A stretch of DNA of 64,000 nucleotides from Octopus bimaculoides (Eukaryota), in contig NC_068984.1 of NCBI RefSeq assembly GCF_001194135.2, forward strand, positions 18,567,136 to 18,631,135, given 5' to 3'. The notes under the pieces were generated by a model. It was not told where the DNA came from and searched no databases. It worked only from the letters and a program-made list of their open reading frames with translations. The position numbers were made by a program, and so were the translations under genes. The number at the start of each line of letters is the position of its first letter. Positions within the stretch are counted from its first letter, which is position 1. Shown one piece after another: positions 48,420-61,385 of this stretch.

Positions 48420-50144
48420 TCATCTCACTTCATTAGCCATGAAAAATGCTAAATTTTTTCCTTTTTTTTTTCTTCCGAAATTTGTTACTGATAGCAACTA
48501 TTATAGATGAACATTTTTTTTGTGTTGCTTATCATCATCATCATTACCAACCAAGCTGGTATTTAGTTCATTTTTTGTTTGTTTGTTTGTTTGTTTGTTT
48601 ATTTATTTATTTTTTTTTTATTGTTTTCGTTTACTGTTCTTTCAACTTCTAAGCTATGTATTATAAATTGACCAATCTCTTTCTTAATCTATTTCCATAA
48701 AATGGTCCCCTCAGCTGTTTCCTTCGATTTGTTGTTTGATACCTTCTACAACAGAAGGGATCAAATTTGTATAAAAAACCAGCTGTGCTGCTGCTGCTGA
48801 TGTTGATGACCACCAAGGTGACATATTTTTCCCTAACTAAGAACTCTCAGAACATCCATCTCCTTTCATTAATTCCTATTTATCATTTGTAGAGCATTAC
48901 TACTGAGAGCTCAGTTTTGGCTTGTCTTTCAAATGGAAAACAATATTCCCTCATTGGCTTAGGGCTCATGTGTTGTACACTGAGACTAGCTTTTATAGCT
49001 ATTTGATAGACTCATAAATTTATATATGTCTATGTATGTTTGCATATGTATGTATGTATGTATTATACACATACACACACACATGTATGGATACATACAG
49101 AATCCCCCCCCCCAACTACTACTACTACCACCACCACCACCAAATTTGTTTTTAGTAAATACATATGTAAATACATATCTACATTCCAATTGCACCTTTC
49201 TTTTCATGTGTGCTAGTATATATGAATATGACATACCGGCACACCAACCTTCAATGGCAATCTCCCTTTGCACTCACTCACTCACTCAATATAGCTTTTA
49301 ACCCCTTAACTATCTGAGGATCTCTCAACTTTATTTCTTCAACTAGATTAGACACTAACCAATATAAGATCTATCTTCTGAAAAATCCCTCATCAATTTA
49401 AAATTGTTTCAACTGCCCTGAGGGTAGTAGTAAACTTTATATGATTATAATCTTGCGATTGTTATTTTTGTTTCAATTCCAAGTTAATTTCCCTTTTTTT
49501 TAAAAAAAAAAAAAGAGCAGTAATAATTATTAATTATGAAGAAAAAAATACATATTTTATTTGAGATTGGAACAGCTCATCAAATATATATGATATATAT
49601 AATATAAAACATACCTGGAATTGAGTTATTCTTTAAAAAAAAATGCATTCATTAAAACCATGTGAGTTTTCTAATACAAAAATATTCACATCTGTTGAGA
49701 ACTAATTACAAAATAATCAAACAATTAGAAAATTCATTAATCAAATGATATTAAAAAAAACTGTCTAGAACAGAGAGAATTCCCTTCATGTTAATTTTAT
49801 TTTGCTATTATTTTGAGCCCCAAATTACAGTAGCCTTCTCAGGAACTGTACGTAGTCACTGCTGACTGGAGCTTTGTCCATGTCTGTTCAACTGTTTGCT
49901 CATCTCAAAGAAAATCTACTTAGCATGCACAATTCACCAGAAAGTTAATTTTTTCTATGTACATATGTATGTATGGACGGATGGATAAGATGGGTAGGGT
50001 GTACTACATAGTTGTAGGAGAAGTCAAAATAAGTTAATAACATACTACTTGACTTTATGAACTACCTTTAAAAAAAATAGGCAAATTTTAACTTTATGCT
50101 TTTGTTATTATTTTTAATGATAAAAATAATGATAATAAGTAGGA

Positions 50145-50345
50145 TGTGGTGAGCTGGCAGAAATAGCATGCCAGATTAAATGCCTGATAAAATCTCATCT
50201 CACCTTTCTATATTCAGAGTTCAAATCCCACCACGAATATACTTTGCTGTATATTCCCTCTTTGGGAATCAATAAGTACCAGTTATAAACTGGTTTCTTC
50301 AATTGCCTATATTTTCCTCCCCTACAAAATTGGCCCAAATACCTA
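50145..50345 (+). mobile_element. SINE, family B, degraded
   Basis: ggtgagctggcagaaa..cagagttcaaatccc..aataagtaccagtt. Confidence 0.6.
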
Positions 50346-52108
50346 AGTAAGAAATTATTATTAATAATAATTAAGCTGACAATGATAGTAATTTATTATC
50401 ATTGTGATTGAGCAATTTATAATCTTATTGAACAAAAATTTAAATAAATATTTCTGTATTCTGAAATTTTTGACAATATATTCACCGCTAATTTCCTCTA
50501 AATCACATGGATTTCGTTTTGTGACACAAATAAGCAAGATTTAGATTCTACAAGCTTCCAATTTCTGCTAGATTCTGTTTGAATGTTGGTGTGATTTTAA
50601 TTTGGATTAAAGATGAACAGGTTTAAAATAAGATAAGGTTAATCTTTTGATGTTGTATTTATTATTTTTAAAATTCTTGAAAAGAGAAATGTAAATTGTG
50701 GAATTTGTTGTTGATTCTTTTCTTCAGTTAGAAAATTGTATTTAATTTACTTTTAGATGATACACCGAAATCTCTCTTAGCACATATCATAAACTCAATT
50801 AAACATGAATAGTGTTGTAACATTAAAGTTTGGTTTTTTTGAAGTTATTTATTATAAAACTTTCATCTTTCGCTAACACTCAAATCTTTGTCTATTTAAA
50901 ATTCTCAATGATTTTTTTTTTTCTTTTTGATAATAAGACTTGTTTATTTGAGTGATTATTAATGGGACCAAAACAAGTTTAGCTAAGGCTTCTCTTATTA
51001 TCTGTATAGTTAGCTTATCAACAACTCAACATTTGACTGCAGAAACCATACACTATACCAGAAACTAATTTACTCAATGAAAAAAAGACATTTTTAATAA
51101 TAGAAAATGTATTTATTTGATTAGATTATATAATTGCTTTCAAACTATCATCATCTCTGTAAGCTCCTTACAAAACATAGAATGGTTTAGTTTAATAGGA
51201 TAATTGATGAGACTAAAATTTTTGATTTTACCAATGAAATACAGTAAGCTAAAAATCTGTAAAAGTCTGTGTTGGCTTTCCTTTTTCTCTTGTGTTTCAA
51301 GAATTGGCATATTTATTTCTTATATTACAGCTACATAGTATTTAATAATGTGCTTTGAACTGGGAACCAAATTATATTTTTTATTTGTTTGAAGATAGTG
51401 AAAGCAAAGCAAAAAACGGACTGCCATATACAATTGAAGCTTCTAGCAATTTCAGTTCTTATAAAGTTATTTGGTTCCTGTTTTAATCTTGAACATATAA
51501 ATTTATCATTGCAAACTAGGTTCTGTGTTCAATCAAGCAGCATTTCTGTTAAGACCTGATTACAATAGCTTTTTAATTCTAAAATTATTGTTTAAAAGTA
51601 TTGACTGTATAAACTCTTTAAACTAAAAATGCTTTTTAGCTTTAAAAATAATCTATAATTTTCACCTGCCCATTGCATCGAGGTAAGAAGCTTTATCAGT
51701 AATTTGATAATTTCGGTATTAAAGAAAGGTGTCCTATCTTGCATTAAAGTTGATACAAGTAAATCAATTGTTTGGCTGTGTGTGTATGTGAGTATATTGG
51801 TTCCAATAAGACAGATACCAATATTACTCTTCTCTCTCTCTCTCTCTTTCTCAGTGTATTTCCACAGCAGAGCAACCTACACATGTACATAGACATTGGT
51901 TGTGAGACTGTGATCATGCTGCAGCAGGACTGACTAAAAGCAGCCTGCTGTGTAATTGTGATCTTCCTAAGGTATAAACTGAATCAGATGCATGCTCTTA
52001 AAGGTACCAGCTCTTCAAGCAGTTAATCTTAGCTTCAGCAAGAAATTAGTTCCACTGTCGAAATGATGGGAAGCAGTTTTATTTGTTTATTTATTTGAAA
52101 GGGAGATC

Positions 52109-52139
<31 letters not shown>

Positions 52140-52219
52140 CAATTTATTTATTTTGCTTTAATATTTTCTCCCAACTGCTTCCGTTTTTCTCTAGCAATGC
52201 ACCCACATCAGTTATATAT

Positions 52220-52559
52220 NNNNNNNNNNNNNNNNNNNNNNNNNNNNNNNNNNNNNNNNNNNNNNNNNNNNNNNNNNNNNNNNNNNNNNNNNNNNNNNNN
52301 NNNNNNNNNNNNNNNNNNNNNNNNNNNNNNNNNNNNNNNNNNNNNNNNNNNNNNNNNNNNNNNNNNNNNNNNNNNNNNNNNNNNNNNNNNNNNNNNNNNN
52401 NNNNNNNNNNNNNNNNNNNNNNNNNNNNNNNNNNNNNNNNNNNNNNNNNNNNNNNNNNNNNNNNNNNNNNNNNNNNNNNNNNNNNNNNNNNNNNNNNNNN
52501 NNNNNNNNNNNNNNNNNNNNNNNNNNNNNNNNNNNNNNNNNNNNNNNNNNNNNNNNNNN
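52220..52559. other. Assembly gap
   Basis: Run of N. Confidence 1.
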
Positions 52560-53319
52560 CTGTGATCCTCTGCCTTCTACGAAGGTTGTACTAGTTCATG
52601 TAGGAGATTGTAAGAACTTTCATTTCAGAATGGCTCCTTTCTCTTGCAGCTTCTGTCAGTTTAAAGAAAAAAAAAAAAAAAAACTTTCCTGAGACTTTTC
52701 TGCATCAAAGAAGTCTTTGTTTTAATTAAAATTGCTTAGTTAAAATATTAATTTTTAATTTTTTTTTTTTTAACCTTTAGACAGTCTATAAATTTGCAGG
52801 CAGATTCTGTAATTGTGATCGTTTCTCCACCCCTACCCCCTCGCAAGACCTTCATGACATAGTACAACTTAAGGCCAATGCAACACTGATAGAGAAGAAA
52901 CTCAACAAAAACTGATGCTACTTCAAAGGACTTTGTTTTGCACCTTTTGTTTATCTAACAATTAATGAGTATAGACAAATTTGGTTCCAAACCCAGGCCA
53001 CAGATCTCAACATCTCAAAAAAAAAAAAGACAACAAAATTAAATAAAAAGTCTAGGCTCTACTTCATATTTGACTTTAACCTTTAACAAAACCCTTCATC
53101 TTTGATTGTTCAGTTTCCTTGTATCCCTTTATTAAATCTGGTTTAAAAAACAAAGTTGTTCAAAAATGTGAATAAATTGCTCACTTAGAGATTGTTGTAT
53201 TCATTGACTTGTTTTTCTTTTTTTTCCCTGGTTCAGGTATCTTCTTCCACTTATTTTCAGTCACTGTGGCCAAACTGGGGCACCAACTTGAGGGTTTAGA
53301 GTGATCATGTCGAAATATT

Positions 53320-53430
53320 TGCAGATCAACACGAGATGAAGTGTTTTGCTCAAGAACATGATGCACCACCCAGCCCGAGAATTGAACCCACAATCTAGAG
53401 TATAACACCTAACCACTGGGCCACATACCT
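53320..53430 (-). mobile_element. SINE family E fragment; near-duplicate at 53865-53968
   Basis: Both copies read gcagatcaaca.gagat.gaagtgttttgctcaagaaca..gaacccacaatctagag..aaccact.ggccacatacc. Confidence 0.7.
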
Positions 53431-53459
53431 TCTCTATGTGCTTGTGTTTATATATATAC

Positions 53460-53705
53460 ACAAATCAATCCTGGTGCTTATTCTATCAGTCCCTTTTGCT
53501 GAACTGCTAAGTTATGGAGGACATAAACCAACACCAGTTGTCAAGTGGTTGAGGAACAAAGGCATACATGACAGGCTTCTTTCAGTTTCCATCTACCAAA
53601 TCCATTCACAAGGTTTTGGTCAGCACAGGGCTACAGAAGATACTTGTCCAAGGTGTCACACAGCAGGACTGCACCCAAAGCAGTGTTGTTGGGAAGCTAC
53701 AACTA
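53460..53705 (-). mobile_element. Family A SINE, degraded
   Basis: ggcttctttcagtttccatctaccaaatcca..cacaagg..ttggtcagc. Confidence 0.65.
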
Positions 53706-54108
53706 TGCTTTTATGTATGTGTGTGTATTAATATAGTCCCTTGAATCTGAGAAAGACAGTTCTGCAATTTCTTGCTGAGCAACCTCCACAGATAATTTGT
53801 TTATGGTGATCAAATGTTTGCATTTGATCACTATAACTGTACAGGTTGAAATAGCTGCAGATCAACATGAGATGGAAGTGTTTTGCTCAAGAACACAATT
53901 CACCACCCAGTCCAGGAGTTGAACCCACAATCTAGAGCGTAGCACCTCTAACCACTAGGCCACATACCCTCACACACACCAATCTCACCACTGCTTATTG
54001 ATTAACTTGTAACTATTTATTAGAATGAAAAGAAACAATGTCATTTAATAAATTTAGCCCAAGCATTCACAAAGCAAAAACACTTGTTAATTTCAGCTTT
54101 TCTTCAAT

Positions 54109-54114
54109 TTTATT
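54109..54114 (-). promoter_or_regulatory. Candidate polyadenylation signal of the minus-strand gene
   Basis: AATAAA on the - strand with a GT-rich downstream element (gtgtttttgctttgt, about 54069-54083). Implies a 3' UTR of about 1.1 kb. Confidence 0.4.
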
Positions 54115-55196
54115 TAAAGAAACAAGAACAAATAAAAAAAATTTACAAAATTGAGACTTTTTTTTTTCCTTTTCCAATATAATTTAAAATACATTTTATC
54201 CTTTATTTTTTTTATTATCCTTGTTTCTGTAACACATGAGAAAAATCAACACAACATTGCTGCCAACATCTTACAAAAGATGTAAGCAAGCTTACAAATA
54301 CTACATGGATAGACAACATATCCGAATGAAATAGGGGGGAAAGGGGGGGAAAAAAAAAAAAAAGAAAGAGTAATCGGGACAGGCATGCTTAATTATAAAG
54401 TCAATTTGGTTTGCAGCAGGATTGAAAAGAAAGCTTTCCCAACAAAATACCAAAGTTGATCAGATCAGAAACATCTTGTACTTTTTGTCAGTTTTCTTTC
54501 TCTGTTTTCTTTTTTTATCTTAAGGCTTTATATTATCTTTTCTGACTTTTTTTATTTTCCATATTTATATGTTAATAAACTCACACACACACACATGCAC
54601 ACAGAGAAAAAAAATATTCACAATTTAACATATAGGAAACACAAATCGGTGGCAAATTAGTACTTTTAAAAAATAAGTGTTCAATATATATATATATTTA
54701 TTCCACACCGACCGACTTCCAAAATTTAAAAAAAAAAAAAAAAAATCACTGGTTAACCAACAATTATAGAAGGCAACCAGACTCATCTCCACAAGGAAAA
54801 ATCGTTTTTAAAAAAAAAAAAAAACCTGATCTTATCTGGAATATTCCAATAAGGTGAGAAAGCAAAGCAGAAATAGGTTTACGATAATACTGCTGCAAAT
54901 GGTATCTCATGTGAGTGAGATGGCAATGGTCAGCAGAAAATAAGAAAACCTTGGAGTTCATATTAAATGAACCTGCTTAACAGCAGCCAAATGATACATA
55001 TATATATATATGAGAGTATGTATAAATCCAGTAATGTTTGTATGGAGGGTAAATGGTGGAAAGTTAATGTGACATAACAGTTGTTCCATTTTGTTTTGAT
55101 GTATCATTTACAAGCTACAGCAGCAATGCAGAGATAATAATGCATGAAGCAGACTTCTGAGTAGATGAGTTTTGGGGGATTTTTATTTTTCTTTTC

Positions 55197-55346
55197 TTAA
55201 TTCAAGGTAAGGCAGTGCAGTGTCTCAATCCAACCAGAACCTCCAGGCAGGTCCTTCCAAATGTATTTATGATTTTCACTGTCTGAAGCATTAAAAGTGA
55301 GGAGTACTCGTTCTTCCTCAGTATAATCACATGTAGCATTCGTCAC
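55197..55346 (-). CDS. Terminal coding exon of an unidentified gene: VTNATCDYTEEERVLLTFNASDSENHKYIWKDLPGGSGWIETLHCLTLN*
   Basis: Minus-strand acceptor tttttttcttattttccag|GTG; 150-nt open frame with protein-like composition; TAA at 55197-55199; followed by a SINE-free 3' region. Confidence 0.75.
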   Translation of the reverse strand: MTNATCDYTEEERVLLTFNASDSENHKYIWKDLPGGSGWIETLHCLTLN

Positions 55347-55436
55347 CTGGAAAATAAGAAAAAAAGCTAACATCATAATTGAGAAATAACTTGAAAGCCA
55401 AAACATTGAAGATACGCATTATAATAAATCTCACCA

Positions 55437-55797
55437 TAGGAGTGGCTGTGTGGTAAGTAGCCTGCTTACAAACCACATGGTTCCGGGTTCAGTCCCACTG
55501 CGTGGCACTTTGGGCAAGTGTCTTCTGCTATAACCTCGGGCTGACCAAAGCCTTGTGAGTGGATTTGGTAGACGGAAACTGAAAAGAAGCCAGTCATACA
55601 TATGTATGTCTGTGTTTGTCCCCCCCAACATCTTTTGAAAACCGATGCTGGTGTGTTTATGTCCCCATAACTTAGCAGTTCGGCAAAAGAGCGATAGAAT
55701 AAGTACTAGGCTTACAAAGAGTAAGTCTTGGGGTCGATTTGCTCGACTAAAGGCGGTGCTCCAGCATGGCTACAGTCAAATGACAAACAAGTAAACG
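55437..55797 (+). mobile_element. Family A SINE, full length and well preserved
   Basis: A-box tggctgtgtggtaa, B-box ggttcagtccc, internal microsatellite, gatagaataagtactagg..tggggtcgat body and ccagcatggc..gtcaaatgac tail. Confidence 0.85.
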
Positions 55798-56737
55798 AGT
55801 ATATTTGATAGTGTATCTTTGTGAGTGGATCGGATTGCCTCTGTTCAGTCCACTGCAGGACAAAGGCTTCAGCATGTTCTCTAAACCAATCACAGTCTGA
55901 TGTGGAGGCTGTGAATTTGAGCTTGAGATCATACTGCTTTGATGAACCAACTCTGCCACACTGGCTCAACATTGCTCAGCAGAGGGGTGCAGCTTTTTTT
56001 TTCTTTTCTTTACCCAGGTGGAGTTGCATCCTGGTAGGTAGCAAATTGGCTGAGTGGTTAGTGTGCTGGACTTGCAGCATATATATATATTCTAAATTCA
56101 AGGCCAACTTTGCCTTGCATCCTTCTGGGGGGGTCGAAAGTACCAATCCAGGGCAATGGAACTAAAGCATCAGATGAGATGCCTTGTGGTGTTTAGTTTT
56201 TCTTCTTTTTTGAAGTGCAAAATCATACCATGGTCAACTAAGGTGGTGCACCACACCCATCTAGCCCTTGTGTACCCTTAAAGCAGAGGAATCCTGCCGT
56301 TGCAAGCCTCCACACCAGATCTTCGGATATCTTCCACCTTTCCTCCAGACTAACCAAGAGCGAAAGAAAGAGAAAAATAAAATGTCCATCTTCACTCATA
56401 CTCACAACTCCCTTCTTATAATCATGCTTATCCACTAAAAAAAAAAAAACTAGAAAATATATGACAATGAAGCTGCACAGTAAAAATGAACTAACTTTAT
56501 AAGTGTTGCATTGGCCTAGTAAAGAGGAATTACTCTTGACTGGATATCCACCAAGCTTTCTGAATGAGTAACAGCAACAAAACTTGTTTTCAGATATACA
56601 TGAACCTCATTAGCCACAAGATCTTGCAACGTAATCATTTACATCACACTACACATTTAGTGGGGGTGTGGTGGTGGAATTTAATACATTTTATGTTTAT
56701 GTTACATATGTGCATGCATTTTATGCAATTTGAGCCA

Positions 56738-56970
56738 CAGGAGTGGCTGTGTGGTAAGTAGCTTGCTTACCAACCACATGGTTCCAGGTTCAGTCCCACT
56801 GCGTGACACCTTGGGCAAGTGTCTTCTACTATAGCCGACCAACACCTTGTGAGTGGATTTGATAGAATAAGTACTAGGCTTACAAAGAATAAGCCCTGGG
56901 GTCAATTTGCTCGACTAAAGGCAGTGCTCCAGCATGGCCGCAGTCAAATGACAAACAAGTAAATGAGTAT
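56738..56970 (+). mobile_element. Family A SINE with an internal deletion
   Basis: Same head and tail as 55437, but ggattt is joined directly to gatagaataag. Confidence 0.85.
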
Positions 56971-57009
56971 TTATTTAAAGTAGCCATCTATCTACCATGC
57001 TTAATATAT

Positions 57010-57345
57010 AAAAGGTAAAAGGGTTAAGACCCCCTTTGGTCATGAATGACCATGGAATTGCACCTAGAAAGTTACCCTCCAAGGTACAAGTCCAGACAAG
57101 GTTGTTTATGGAAGACCAGCAGTACCCATGCATAACAGCCTCCCCTCTCCATGCCACTGATGTTATCCAAGGGAAAGGCAAAAGCCAATACAACTTGGCA
57201 CTAGTGATGTTGCAACTCGAGTGAACTGGACTAATGTGAAATAAAGTGTCTTGCTCAAGAACACAACACACAGCCCAGTCTGGGAATTGAACTCACTACC
57301 TCATGATTGTGAGCCCAACGTTCTAACCACCGAGCCATGCACCTT
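57010..57345 (-). mobile_element. SINE family E, near full length; paralog at 63065-63362
   Basis: Shared caaggttgtttatggaagacca..ccaagggaaaggcaaa..cttggcac.agtga..gagtgaactgga..aagtg.cttgctcaa block. Confidence 0.75.
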
Positions 57346-57620
57346 CATCATCATTGTCGTTTGACATCTGCTTTCCATGCCAACATGGATTGGATGGTTT
57401 GACTGCAAACTGGCAGGCCAGGAGACTACGCCAGGTTCCAATCTGATCTGGCAAGGTTTCTACAGCTGAATGCTCTTCCTAATGCCAACCACTCTGAAAG
57501 CGTAGTGGATGCTTTTTACATGTCCCCGGCACAGGAGCCAGTGAGGTGGCACTGGTTTCAGCCACACTTGAATGATGCTTTTTTATGTGCCAGTCAGGCA
57601 GCACTGGCATCAACTGCACC
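57345..57620 (-). mobile_element. SINE, family C
   Basis: catcatcattgtcgtttgacatc..ttccatgcc..atctgatctggcaaggtttctacagctg. Confidence 0.75.
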
Positions 57621-58151
57621 ACTTAATGTATACACACAGTCAATAAGCCAGTTATACTGCAGTATTTGTCCTCAGATATCATCTCTTATGGACATGCTGT
57701 TTTAAAAACACAAATATCAGGAAGACGGAAAGTTGTAATTTACCATATTTACTTGTGTATAAGTCCACAGCTGCCAGTGAGAGAATTTTGACCCTTTTAG
57801 GTCTTTTCAAAGGCACACACTTGAATTTCTGTTTCTCTGATATTGACTGCATTTTTATCATAGCAAGACAAATTACCACAAGAACTGGCCTATCAACAGT
57901 ACGTATACATTACATATCCTATATAGATGGCTATTAGACAGACATGTGCTGAATAACTTAGTTGTAAAAATGTCCAAAAGATACATGAACAGAATACAAA
58001 CCAGTTTTTGCTCCATCTGAACTTAAGGAAACCAATAATTTACAAAATGAGTATATCAACAAAAACTTTCAAAATGAAACGTTTAAAGTTGTTATATAAA
58101 AATGTTAAAGTAATACAAGTAGCAACATTTCACAACTGTGAATTCAAATAC

Positions 58152-58282
58152 TTTATAGGAGCCACTGTTAATCAGAGTTGACCACTGGTCTGCATTTGTA
58201 GACCAATGTGCAGACTGGGCCAATGTTATCTGTGGAAGAACAGCTATTTCCCTCTCCACACCAATTTTGTACAGGGAAAATG
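58152..58282 (-). CDS. Candidate internal exon of the minus-strand gene: FSLYKIGVEREIAVLPQITLAQSAHWSTNADQWSTLINSGSYK (alternative acceptor at 58229)
   Basis: Phase-0 donor AAA|gtattt joins the terminal exon. Acceptors are ctcttccctgtggcag (58282, phase 1) or gttcttccacag (58229, phase 0). GC-richer island. Confidence 0.5.
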
Positions 58283-58294
58283 CTGCCACAGGGA

Positions 58295-58350
58295 AGAGCA
58301 GTGGGAGCACCACCTTGAGGAAATTTTAGTTGAATGAATCATTCCAAGTA

Positions 58351-58385
<35 letters not shown>

Positions 58386-58655
58386 CTAAGGCCGGTACTT
58401 AATCTATCATTCTCTTTTGCCAAACCACTAGTTATGGGGATGTAAACACACCACCAGCAATTACCAAGACATGGTGGGCAACAAACATGGATATATATTT
58501 AGATGACAGGCTTCTTTCAGTTTCCATATACCAAATCCACTCACAAAAATTTGGTCAGTGCAAGGCTATAGTAGAAGACACTTGCCCAATGTGCCACACA
58601 GTGGGACTGAACCCAGAACTATGTGGTTGGGAAGCAAGCTTCTTACCTCACAGCT
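58295..58655 (-). mobile_element. Family A SINE abutting a candidate exon acceptor
   Basis: Reverse copy: ggagcaccacc tail, gtacttaatctatc body, gggactgaacccagaac head; poly-T expansion inside. Confidence 0.75.
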
Positions 58656-58802
58656 GTACCCGATATGTTATTTTTTTTTTTTTTATCAACCCAACAAAAG
58701 GATGAAGGATTTGAATTCCAAGCAAAGAGAGAACAAATACTGTGAAACATTTTGTCCACTGCTCTAACAATTCTGCCAGATTACCGTCTTTCAAAGACTT
58801 CC

Positions 58803-59021
58803 ACACTTTTGTTACCGTATCTCTTGAAATACATAGACTTCATTTCAATTGATTTTGAAAATAATGGAGAATTTATTAAAATAACTGTCGCTATTAAGCT
58901 GGTGTTTGGAACATAACTGACATGAAGTTTTGATGGGAAATTCTACTTTAGTTCACTTTAAAACAGGAAGCTGATATTTATACAACCAAGAATGGCCTCA
59001 AGCAATTTGGTTTCAAAAGAG
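58803..59021. mobile_element. TTAA-type MITE, family 2
   Basis: Shared body; ends caaaagag|ttaa. Confidence 0.65.
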
Positions 59022-59329
59022 TTAAACAAGACTATGAATATTACCAAGATCAAATTCTAACCAACAAATTTCAGTTATTCAATAGCCAACAAAATGTGTA
59101 ATTAATATTCATGAGCAGACATTCATCATCATCATTTTAATGTCCATTTTTCCATACTTGCATGGGTTAGACAGAACTTGTTGAGACATTTTCTATTGCT
59201 GGATGCCCTCCTTGTCACTTACTCTTATCTGTTTCCAAGCAAGGTCATATTTCTCTGTGGCGTGACATGTTTTCCTTAGAAGACTAGAACACCACTTGTA
59301 TGCTAGTAATGTGCTCATTCACAGCCATC

Positions 59330-59575
59330 ACATCATCACTTAACATCCATTATCCATGCTGGCATGGGTTGAATGGTTTGGCCAGGACTGGTAAGCTGAG
59401 GGGTTGCACCAGACTCCAGTCTGACTTACCATGGTTTCTACAGCTGGATGCCCTTCCAACACCAACCACTATGAAAGTGTAATGGGTGTTTTATATGCCA
59501 GTTGCATGACACCAATATCTGCCACAACTACGATTTCACCTGGCTTGAGGGGTCTTTTTCTCAAGTGGGTTTTCT
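59330..59575 (-). mobile_element. SINE, family C
   Basis: ccatgctggcatgggttg..gcaccagactccagtctga..ctggatgcccttcc. Confidence 0.75.
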
Positions 59576-59801
59576 CACAACCAAAAACTACATGCTTGAG
59601 GAACAAGCTTCTAAACTACACATCAATGCCTGCATCTATTAACCACGCTTGGACCTACTTACTATATTTTATAGAAATTTCAGAATTCTATTAGAAATTG
59701 AAAGAAAGAGAATGACATGAAATATCTCGGTTTTACATTTTTTTTCCAATCTAATTACAATATTTACAATATCTTGGGCAAAGTGTTTTTAATTAATGTA
59801 C

Positions 59802-59881
59802 ACTGAAGACTACAAAATTCATCCTGGGTTGAGGACAGAGTTATGAGGTGATATAGAGGGATATCTACTACTTTTAATGAG
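59802..59881 (-). CDS. Candidate internal exon of the minus-strand gene: SLKVVDIPLYHLITLSSTQDEFCSLQ
   Basis: Acceptor tttgatattttcag, open in phase 2 after the exon at 61935. The donor (T|gtacat) is weak, so the 3' boundary is uncertain. Confidence 0.4.
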
Positions 59882-60767
59882 CTGAAAATATCAAATTTTA
59901 AAGTATTAACATTTAAGTTGAAACCTAATTTTATGTAAGAACCTGTTATGTTCCAAATCTAATTAATGGAAAAAATTATTTTATGAATTCTGTCACTGTT
60001 TCTATCATCATACTTGTTCTATCATATTTTCACCCGATTTTGCTATCTTTATCATCACTATTATCTATTCACCCCCTCAGTCATCTTGCCTTGAACAGAG
60101 ACAATCAAGGGAGAGAAGGCTCTTTATTCTTGCCAAGAGCAAGACAAGATATCTAATGCACCTAGTACACTCTGCAAACTGGTTGGTATTAGGAGGGACA
60201 TCCAAATGTACAACCCATGCTAAAAATGGAATGTATGAGTGAAACATGGTCCTGCTGCCTTATCTCGGACAGAAACTGAATAACCAGTGACTTCAATTGT
60301 GACAGCCGGTCCAGCCCATATCAGCATGAGCATGAAATAATGATTATGAATCTCATGTATTTTGACTGATTCTCAAAATCAATCGAAATACATAAGGACT
60401 GTAGTTCATAAAAAATATGGTCACAAAAGAGTTTAACCTTTCCAACCCACAAAATATTCTACATCATTCTACCATACTGTTATTCGGTGCACAGTAAAAG
60501 AAAGTAAGTAGATTACCACTAAATAACTAATGTTCACAGCACCAATGCACAATTCAGTGACTCCATCCAATGCAGTTGGCTTCAGCTTTCACTATTATGC
60601 CAGTGATTTCACCTGAGTTTTACAGGTGTAAACCCTTCCCATCATCATCATTCACAGAGATGGCATGAGCCATGAATATTTATTGCACACACACACTGGT
60701 GCTCCATCGATTACAACAAAGGTTCCAAATGACCCGATTGACAGAATAGCTTGCTTGTGGAATAGGC

Positions 60768-61385
60768 GCAGGAGTGGCTGTATGGTAAATAGCTTGTTTA
60801 CCAACCACATGGTTCCAGGTTCAGTCCCACTGCATGACACTTTGGGCGAGTGTCTTCTACTATAGCCTCAGGCCGACCAAAGCTTTGTGAGTGGATTTGG
60901 TAGACGGAAACTGAAAGGCGGTGAGCTGGCAGAAACGTTAGCAAGCTGGGCGAAATACTTAGCGGTATTTTGTCTGCCGTTACATTCTGAGTTCAAATTC
61001 CGCCAAGGTCAACTTTACTTTTCATCCTTTTGTGGTCAATAAATTAAGTACCAGTTACCCACTGGGGTCAATGTAATCGACTTAATCCCTTTGTGTCCTT
61101 GTTTGTCCCCTCTATGTTTAGCCCCTTGTGGGCAATAAAGAAATAGGAAACTGAAAGAAGCCCGTCGTATATATGTGTGTGTGTGTGTCTGTCTGTCCCC
61201 CCCCACTACCATCACTTGACAACCGATATTGGTGTGTTTATATCCCCGTAGTTTAGTGGTTCGGCAATAGAGACCGCTAGAATAAGTACTAGACTTACAA
61301 AGAATAAGTCCTGGGGTTGATTTGTTCAACTAAAGGTGGTGCTCCAGCATGGCCGCAGTCAAATGACTGAAACAAATAAAAGAGC
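60768..61385 (+). mobile_element. Family A SINE interrupted by a family B SINE
   Basis: Host head at 60768-60917 and host body at 61146-61385. Confidence 0.85.
60918..61145 (+). mobile_element. Family B SINE, full length, nested, with a 12-bp target-site duplication
   Basis: ggaaactgaaag at 60906-60917 and 61146-61157 flanks the insert. Confidence 0.9.

Noticed and set aside
55437-55510. tRNA genes at SINE heads (A and B boxes)
   Set aside because: No full cloverleaf; each runs into a SINE body present in many diverged copies.
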